From assembly GCA_902774245.1 (NCBI GenBank), contig CACYHQ010000012.1, positions 2,158 through 66,157 on the forward strand: a DNA stretch of 64,000 nt. Direction: 5' to 3'. The position numbers were made by a program, and so were the translations under genes. This DNA is from an uncultured bacterium (GTDB lineage Bacteria; Verrucomicrobiota; Lentisphaeria; Victivallales; UBA1829). Numbering within the stretch: the first letter of the stretch is position 1; each line of letters starts with the position of its first letter. The notes below the pieces were generated by a model that searched no databases, had not been told where the DNA came from, and saw nothing but the letters and a program-made list of their open reading frames with translations. Shown here in pieces: positions 59,240 to 64,000 of this stretch.

Positions 59240-59268
59240 TTGAAAAAGGCGGGCTTCTATGATATATT
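59240..59268 (+). promoter_or_regulatory. sigma70-like promoter TTGAAA-17-TATATT (fmt-rng)
   Basis: TTGAAA at 59240-59245 and TATATT at 59263-59268. Confidence 0.4.
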
Positions 59269-59302
59269 AAAGTTTAAAATTTTTTCGGACGTGAAAAACA
59301 TC

Positions 59303-60292
59303 ATGATCAGAAACCCGCGCATTTTATTCATGGGAGCCGGCGTTTTCGCCGTCCCGATCCTGGAGGCCTTGGCGAACAGCCATGACCTCACGCTCGCCGT
59401 GGCCGTGACCCAGCCGGACCGCGCGGCGGGGCGCAAACGCGTGCTGACGCCGACTCCGCTCGGACGGTACGCGGACGAGGCGGGGATCCCGTGCGAACGC
59501 GTGCAGTCCGTGAACACTCCGGAGTTCCTGGACCACGCGGCGGCGCTGGAACCGGACATGATCGTGGTGGTGTCGTTCGGTCAGATCCTGCGGGAACCGA
59601 TCCTGAATCTCCCGCCGCTCGGCTGCCTGAACGTCCATGCGTCCCTTCTCCCGAAATACCGCGGGGCGTCGCCCATCACCACCTGCGTATTGAACGGAGA
59701 CGACATCACCGGAGTAACGTTTATGCAGATGGAGCGGGGACTGGACTCGGGGCCGATCTACGAGATGCACCGCATGCCCGTCCCGCCCGGAATCACCACG
59801 GACGAGCTGGAACGCACGCTTTCCGCGATGGCCGGGAACCGCATCTGCGACTGCGTAGGCCGCATCGCGCGCGGCGAGATCACGCCGCGTCCGCAGCCCC
59901 CCGAGGGCGTCACCGTTGCGGTCAAGATCCGAAAATCGGACGGGTTCGTCGACTGGAACGAAGACGCCGCCGTCCTGGAACGAAAGGTGAGGGCTTACCA
60001 TAACTGGCCGTCGATGTCGTTCCGCGTCAACGTGCGCGGACGCGTCATGTCGGCCAAGATCACCAAAGCGTCGTATACGTCCTTCAAAGCGCCCAATGCG
60101 GAGCCGGGAAAGATCACTGCACTCGCCGACAACAGGATCATGGTATCCTGCGGCTCCGGTTCCCTGCTGCTCGACCGCATCGTGCCCGAAGGAAAAAAGG
60201 AAATGCCTGTCGCCGATTTCCTGAACGGCGCCCGCCTCGAAGTCGGCGACGTCCTGCTGAACGGCCAGCCCGAACAGCAGCCAACCCCGTGA
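59303..60292 (+). CDS. fmt: methionyl-tRNA formyltransferase
   Basis: RILFMGAGVFAVPILEAL...VVVSFGQIL...NVHASLLPKYRGASPI is the Fmt signature. Start set at ATG 59303; the track ORF 58655 is an upstream read-through. Confidence 0.93.
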   Translation: MIRNPRILFMGAGVFAVPILEALANSHDLTLAVAVTQPDRAAGRKRVLTPTPLGRYADEAGIPCERVQSVNTPEFLDHAAALEPDMIVVVSFGQILREPILNLPPLGCLNVHASLLPKYRGASPITTCVLNGDDITGVTFMQMERGLDSGPIYEMHRMPVPPGITTDELERTLSAMAGNRICDCVGRIARGEITPRPQPPEGVTVAVKIRKSDGFVDWNEDAAVLERKVRAYHNWPSMSFRVNVRGRVMSAKITKASYTSFKAPNAEPGKITALADNRIMVSCGSGSLLLDRIVPEGKKEMPVADFLNGARLEVGDVLLNGQPEQQPTP

Positions 60293-60308
60293 AAGATTTT
60301 TCCAACTC

Positions 60309-61979
60309 ATGCCTCAAGAGAAAAAACAGATCATCCTGAACTGCGAGGAACTTGAGACCCGCTCGGCACTGCTCATCAACGGACATCTGGAGGACTACCA
60401 GATCGAGCGCAAGGGCGACGACATCGTCGCCGGGTCCATCTACCTCGGCAAGATCGTCCGCATCGAACCGGGCCTGGAAGCCTGCTTCGTCGACATCGGC
60501 GCGGAGAAGAACGCGTTCATGCACTTCCGCGACATGCTCCCGGCGTCCTACGACATCCTCGACAACATCAAAAAGATCGGCGAGGAGCGCGAACGCGTCA
60601 AGGAAACCGACGCCTCCCCGAAGAAGAAAAAACACATCATCTCCATCCTCAGCGAGAAATTCCGCAACCTCGTGACCGGCGGCGACCGTGCCAAACGCCT
60701 GAAGGAAATGGAGGAGCGCATCCACACCGGCAAGATCACCATCGAGGACATCCCGCGCGTCTTCCCCGCCGGGTCCGAGCTCCTCGTGCAGGTCACGAAG
60801 GGCCCCATCGGCACCAAGGGCGCGCGCGTTACGACCAACATCACCATCCCCGGCCGCTACCTGGTCCTGCTCCCCTACTCCAAGCACATCGGTCTCTCCT
60901 CGCGCATCGAGGACAAAAAGGAACGCGACCGCCTCCGCAAAATCCTGCTCGGGCTGAAGCTCCCGGACGGGATGGGCCTCATCTGCCGCACCGTCGGCGA
61001 ACACCGCAAGGCCGTCTTCTTCCAGCGCGACCTGGAAATGCTGCTGGAACTCTGGTCGAAGGTCGACAACGCCCTTCTGAAGCCGAAAGCGCCCGCGCTC
61101 GTCTACGCCGAACCCGATCTGCTGGAACGCACCGTGCGCGACCTGCTGACGGACGACATCGACGAGATCGTGGTCGACGACAAGGACAAGTACGATTTCC
61201 TCGTCGAAGCGCTCAAGAAGTTCGTCGGTAACGACTTCAACACGCAGATCACGCGCCACAAACGCGCCGAATCCGTGTTCGACCGCTACAAGGTCACGCC
61301 CCAGGTCGCCGAAATCTACAACCGCATCGTGAACCTCCCCGGCGGCGGCTACCTCTGCATCGACGAGACCGAAGCGCTCGTGGCGATCGACATCAACACC
61401 GGCAAATCCAAGGCCGGCAAAGCGCAGCGCGAGCTCATCCTGAACACCAACCTCGAGGCCGCGAAGGAGATCGCGCGCCAGATACGGCTCCGCAACATCG
61501 GCGGCCAGATCGTCATCGACTTCATCGACATGGCGAACAGCTCCGACCGCGAACAGGTCAACCGCACCATGAACAAGCTCGCCGACCTCGACCGCGCACG
61601 CACGAAGATCCTCCCGATCAGCAAGTTCGGGCTCATGGAAATGACGCGCCAGCGCGAGAGCGAGAGCGTGCAGGATTCGCTGTTCGACCCGTGCCCCTAC
61701 TGCGGCGGCTCCGGCCATGTGAAATCCGCCATCAGCATGAGCGTGGAGATTCAGCGCCGCCTGCTCGAAATCCTCAAGCAGCGCACGAAGTCGAAGAAGG
61801 CCGCCACCGTCCGGGTCATCCTGAACCCCGCCGTGCTCGCGCGCCTCAAGAACGACGACGCGAAGATCCTCTACGAAATGGAAAGCAAATACGGCCGCGA
61901 CCTCGAATTCCGCGCGGACCCGGCAATCCACGTCGAGGAATTCCGCCTCATCGACCCGAAGACGGGCGAGCTTCTATAA
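60309..61979 (+). CDS. rng: ribonuclease G/E-family endoribonuclease
   Basis: S1 domain GSIYLGKIVRIEPGLEACFVDIG. Catalytic region LVAIDINTGK...NIGGQIVIDFIDM. Zn-link CPYCGGSGHV. 556 aa with an insertion in the S1 region. Confidence 0.9.
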   Translation: MPQEKKQIILNCEELETRSALLINGHLEDYQIERKGDDIVAGSIYLGKIVRIEPGLEACFVDIGAEKNAFMHFRDMLPASYDILDNIKKIGEERERVKETDASPKKKKHIISILSEKFRNLVTGGDRAKRLKEMEERIHTGKITIEDIPRVFPAGSELLVQVTKGPIGTKGARVTTNITIPGRYLVLLPYSKHIGLSSRIEDKKERDRLRKILLGLKLPDGMGLICRTVGEHRKAVFFQRDLEMLLELWSKVDNALLKPKAPALVYAEPDLLERTVRDLLTDDIDEIVVDDKDKYDFLVEALKKFVGNDFNTQITRHKRAESVFDRYKVTPQVAEIYNRIVNLPGGGYLCIDETEALVAIDINTGKSKAGKAQRELILNTNLEAAKEIARQIRLRNIGGQIVIDFIDMANSSDREQVNRTMNKLADLDRARTKILPISKFGLMEMTRQRESESVQDSLFDPCPYCGGSGHVKSAISMSVEIQRRLLEILKQRTKSKKAATVRVILNPAVLARLKNDDAKILYEMESKYGRDLEFRADPAIHVEEFRLIDPKTGELL

Positions 61980-62379
61980 TCACGCGGACGGGCGGTTTCG
62001 CGGGCGGCTTGCCGGGATTCTCCGGCGGACCGCCGATCAGCGCGACCGTCACGGCGGCCAGACGCCACGGGATGCCGAGCGCGCCCGACGGCGCGGCGAC
62101 CGGCGGGAAATAGACGCCCGTCCCGGTCAGGATGCCGCCGTTCGCGAGGTGCCAGCATTCCTCCTCGTACACATAGTGCGTCTTCATGTCCGCGCGCCAG
62201 TACACGCCGTCCTTGTGGTAATACCCGCCGTCCGCGTAGTAATAGCAATCCCCGATCCACCCCGGATCGGGCTCCGGCGCTTTTTTTTCCGCCTCGGCCG
62301 CGGCGCACGCGAACGGCGCGAGCAATGCCGCCAGCGCCAGCGTTTTCAGCTGTTTCGAGGGGAAAAGGAACGTTTTCAT
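61948..62379 (-). CDS. hypothetical small secreted protein (Tyr/Gly-rich)
   Basis: GGAGAAATCCGC precedes ATG 62379. Signal peptide MKTFLFPSKQLKTLALAALLAPFACAAAEA. The 3' end overlaps the rng 3' end by 32 nt (convergent), which lowers confidence in the C-terminus. Confidence 0.45.
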   Translation of the reverse strand: MKTFLFPSKQLKTLALAALLAPFACAAAEAEKKAPEPDPGWIGDCYYYADGGYYHKDGVYWRADMKTHYVYEEECWHLANGGILTGTGVYFPPVAAPSGALGIPWRLAAVTVALIGGPPENPGKPPAKPPVRVIIEARPSSGR

Positions 62380-62408
62380 GCGGATTTCTCCAATGTGGAA
62401 AGCCTGTT

Positions 62409-62774
62409 TTATTGTTTCCGTGTCCACAAGACCCGTTTGTTGAACTTCACGACATCGACATGCGGAGGAATCTCGACCTCGTATTCGAATGCGCCCTGTC
62501 CTTCCGACACCAAAGTGCCGGTCAGGACGATGGTGTTGCCGGTCGTTTCCTGTTCGATGCTCCTGATGCCCCAGGCGCTTTCCGCATAGTCGCCCTCGAT
62601 TTTCAACGTCAGCGCGCCGCGCTCTTCTTCATTCGGAATAACCGCCATGCTGGAAACGACAAGATAATCTTCGTTGATCTCTTTCGTCGTTTCGCATCCG
62701 GCGAACGATGCAACGATCAGGAAGACCGCAATGACGGTGAGGATAGTTTTTCGGATGGGATTCGTGTTCGACAT
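62409..62774 (-). CDS. hypothetical lipoprotein
   Basis: Leader MSNTNPIRKTILTVIAVFLIVASFAGC (lipobox), 121 aa, beta-rich remainder. Confidence 0.55.
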   Translation of the reverse strand: MSNTNPIRKTILTVIAVFLIVASFAGCETTKEINEDYLVVSSMAVIPNEEERGALTLKIEGDYAESAWGIRSIEQETTGNTIVLTGTLVSEGQGAFEYEVEIPPHVDVVKFNKRVLWTRKQ

Positions 62775-62829
62775 ACTTACAGCCCTTTCATGGTGTTGCT
62801 AATGGAGGATTTTGAGGAATCACAGTTTT

Positions 62830-62858
62830 ATTATACCACATGTTTTGTAAAAAAACAA
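62830..62858 (-). promoter_or_regulatory. sigma70-like promoter TTGTTT-17-TATAAT
   Basis: Reverse strand reads TTGTTT ttttacaaaacatgtgg TATAAT, upstream of ATG 62774. Confidence 0.4.
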
Positions 62859-62990
62859 GCGGGAAATGCCGGAAATGCAAGGAATACGCCGAAGAGAATT
62901 TTCCCGCGGTCTTTTCCCTCATTCTTTCCTTGAAAAACAAGTTCTGTTATAGATCAGGATTTTATTCGGCAACTTGACAGTGGAACAAGG

Positions 62991-63269
62991 TCAACCGAAG
63001 AGATCGCTGTGCGATCCGGTGCGAACACAAACCAGAACAAGCCGGTCTGCCTGAACGTAATAGACCAGTAGCCAGTCGGGGTTGATATGGCACTCCCGGA
63101 ATCCGGCGTAATCCCCGGTCAAAACGTGATCGCGTTTTTCAGGTGGGAGTGCCTGTCCGGACTGCAACAGCGCGATCACGTCCGTAAGCTCTTTCATGTT
63201 CGCACCGCGTTTTTTCATGCGCTTGCAGTCTTTTTTGAACTGAGAAGTCTGCTGTAATTGATAACTCAT
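62991..63269 (-). CDS. yafQ: type II toxin, YafQ/RelE-family mRNA interferase
   Basis: FKKDCKRMKKRG...ALPPEKRDHVLTGDYAGFRECHINPDWLLVYYVQADRLVLVCVRTGSHSDLF is the YafQ-type pattern. It overlaps the antitoxin gene by 4 nt. Confidence 0.85.
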   Translation of the reverse strand: MSYQLQQTSQFKKDCKRMKKRGANMKELTDVIALLQSGQALPPEKRDHVLTGDYAGFRECHINPDWLLVYYVQADRLVLVCVRTGSHSDLFG

Positions 63270-63547
63270 TTTTCTATATCCCGCATCATTTCATCCGCAG
63301 ACACATATGTCTTTGCTTTCGGATCGGATGCGAGGGCGACAGCTTCCTTCATTGCCGCCAGCGTGGTCTTGTTCGGCTGATTCTTGCGAATTTCAAAGGG
63401 AATCCCCTGTACACGCACGGCCTGACGGAGAAAGACGTTGACAGCGCCAGACAACGTCATTCCGAGGTCATTGAAGAGGATTTCGGCATCCTGTTTCAGT
63501 TTTGAGTCCAAACGAACTGTAAAATTTGTTGTTTGTGCTGTGGGCAT
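63266..63547 (-). CDS. dinJ: type II antitoxin, RelB/DinJ family
   Basis: TTNFTVRLDSKLKQDAEILFNDLGMTLSGAVNVFLRQAVRVQGIPFEI is the DinJ ribbon-helix-helix N-terminus. AGGAGG SD is present. Confidence 0.85.
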   Translation of the reverse strand: MPTAQTTNFTVRLDSKLKQDAEILFNDLGMTLSGAVNVFLRQAVRVQGIPFEIRKNQPNKTTLAAMKEAVALASDPKAKTYVSADEMMRDIEK

Positions 63548-63576
63548 GATACACCTCCTGACTGATTGTTACAAAT

Positions 63577-63604
63577 AACATAGCACAAAACATGTGCTTT
63601 TCAA
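63577..63604 (-). promoter_or_regulatory. promoter TTGAAA-16-TATGTT with internal and downstream short palindromes (candidate autoregulatory operator)
   Basis: Reverse strand reads TTGAAA aGCACAtgtttTGTGC TATGTT atTTGTaACAAtc. The inverted repeat GCACA-5-TGTGC lies in the spacer and TTGT-a-ACAA lies after the -10. Confidence 0.45.
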
Positions 63605-63714
63605 GTGCTTTTACAAAAGATATTCATGCATGCCGCTTTCTGGAAGGTGACACGCGGAATATGGTGCTCAGTATGACGCAGACCGGGATCATTCCGCGCC
63701 GATGCGTTCAAGCG

Positions 63715-64000
63715 TCACGGGGATGTTTTCGCTTCTGTTGTCTTTGATTCGTATTTCTTTTGCGATTCGTACAGCACGGACAGGAAGTCCTGGCACATCG
63801 TCAGACAGCTCCTGAAGTCGTCCATTTCCTTGCCATCCCAGACGCGGGCGTCTTTCACGTCCTCCAGCGCGAGCCGCAGCGCGAGGCGGTCCTCGGTTTT
63901 CCGTATCCTCGCCATCACGGCCAGATTGAGCTCGCGGAACGCCGTGCGATCAAATCCGTACCGCATGAGCTCCGAGACGCTGTAATAGAGATAACAGCCC
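63715..64000 (-). CDS. C-terminal part of an unidentified protein (5' end outside window)
   Basis: The frame stays open from the window edge (GCYLYYSVSELMRYGFDRTAFRELNLAV...) to the stop at 63715. I recognise no family motif. Confidence 0.4.
   Translation of the reverse strand, partial: GCYLYYSVSELMRYGFDRTAFRELNLAVMARIRKTEDRLALRLALEDVKDARVWDGKEMDDFRSCLTMCQDFLSVLYESQKKYESKTTEAKTSP

Noticed and set aside
60138-61931. 597-aa minus-strand ORF
   Set aside because: It is antisense to rng, which has S1, DINTG and CPxCxGxG motifs. It has shadow-ORF composition.

Overview
High-GC bacterial chromosomal segment, over 60% GC by eye in the core genes. Gene content (many Sel1 and SUMF1-type proteins, a GldG-type ABC system) suggests a PVC-group, Lentisphaerae/Verrucomicrobia-like organism; this is inference only. 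I support about 50 protein-coding genes. Housekeeping genes are metY, fumC, a short alaS, rpmB, fmt, rng and a purN-like formyltransferase. There are two giant Sel1-repeat proteins in opposite orientation. A six-gene GldA/F/G-like ABC operon is bracketed by two TolA-like coiled-coil proteins, one of which carries an amidase domain. A lower-GC exopolysaccharide export operon is headed by a STAS gene and contains degenerate enzyme domains. Other content includes a glycosyltransferase patch, an RND efflux pair, a LexA-like repressor with a degenerate autoprotease divergent from a SUMF1-M6 protease fusion, a zeta-toxin-like module and a YafQ-DinJ pair. Two ORFs that run off the window edges (1-1001 and 63715-64000, both minus) are absent from the supplied track and were translated by hand. 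Two genes look frame-disrupted (ldhA-type, GT39-type), and one GNAT gene survives only as a C-terminal stub. A uniform promoter architecture, TTGAnn-N16/17-TATATT, recurs in front of most transcription units. I found no rRNA, tRNA, CRISPR array, transposase or integrase. All family calls rest on motifs I recognise by eye; no database search was run.
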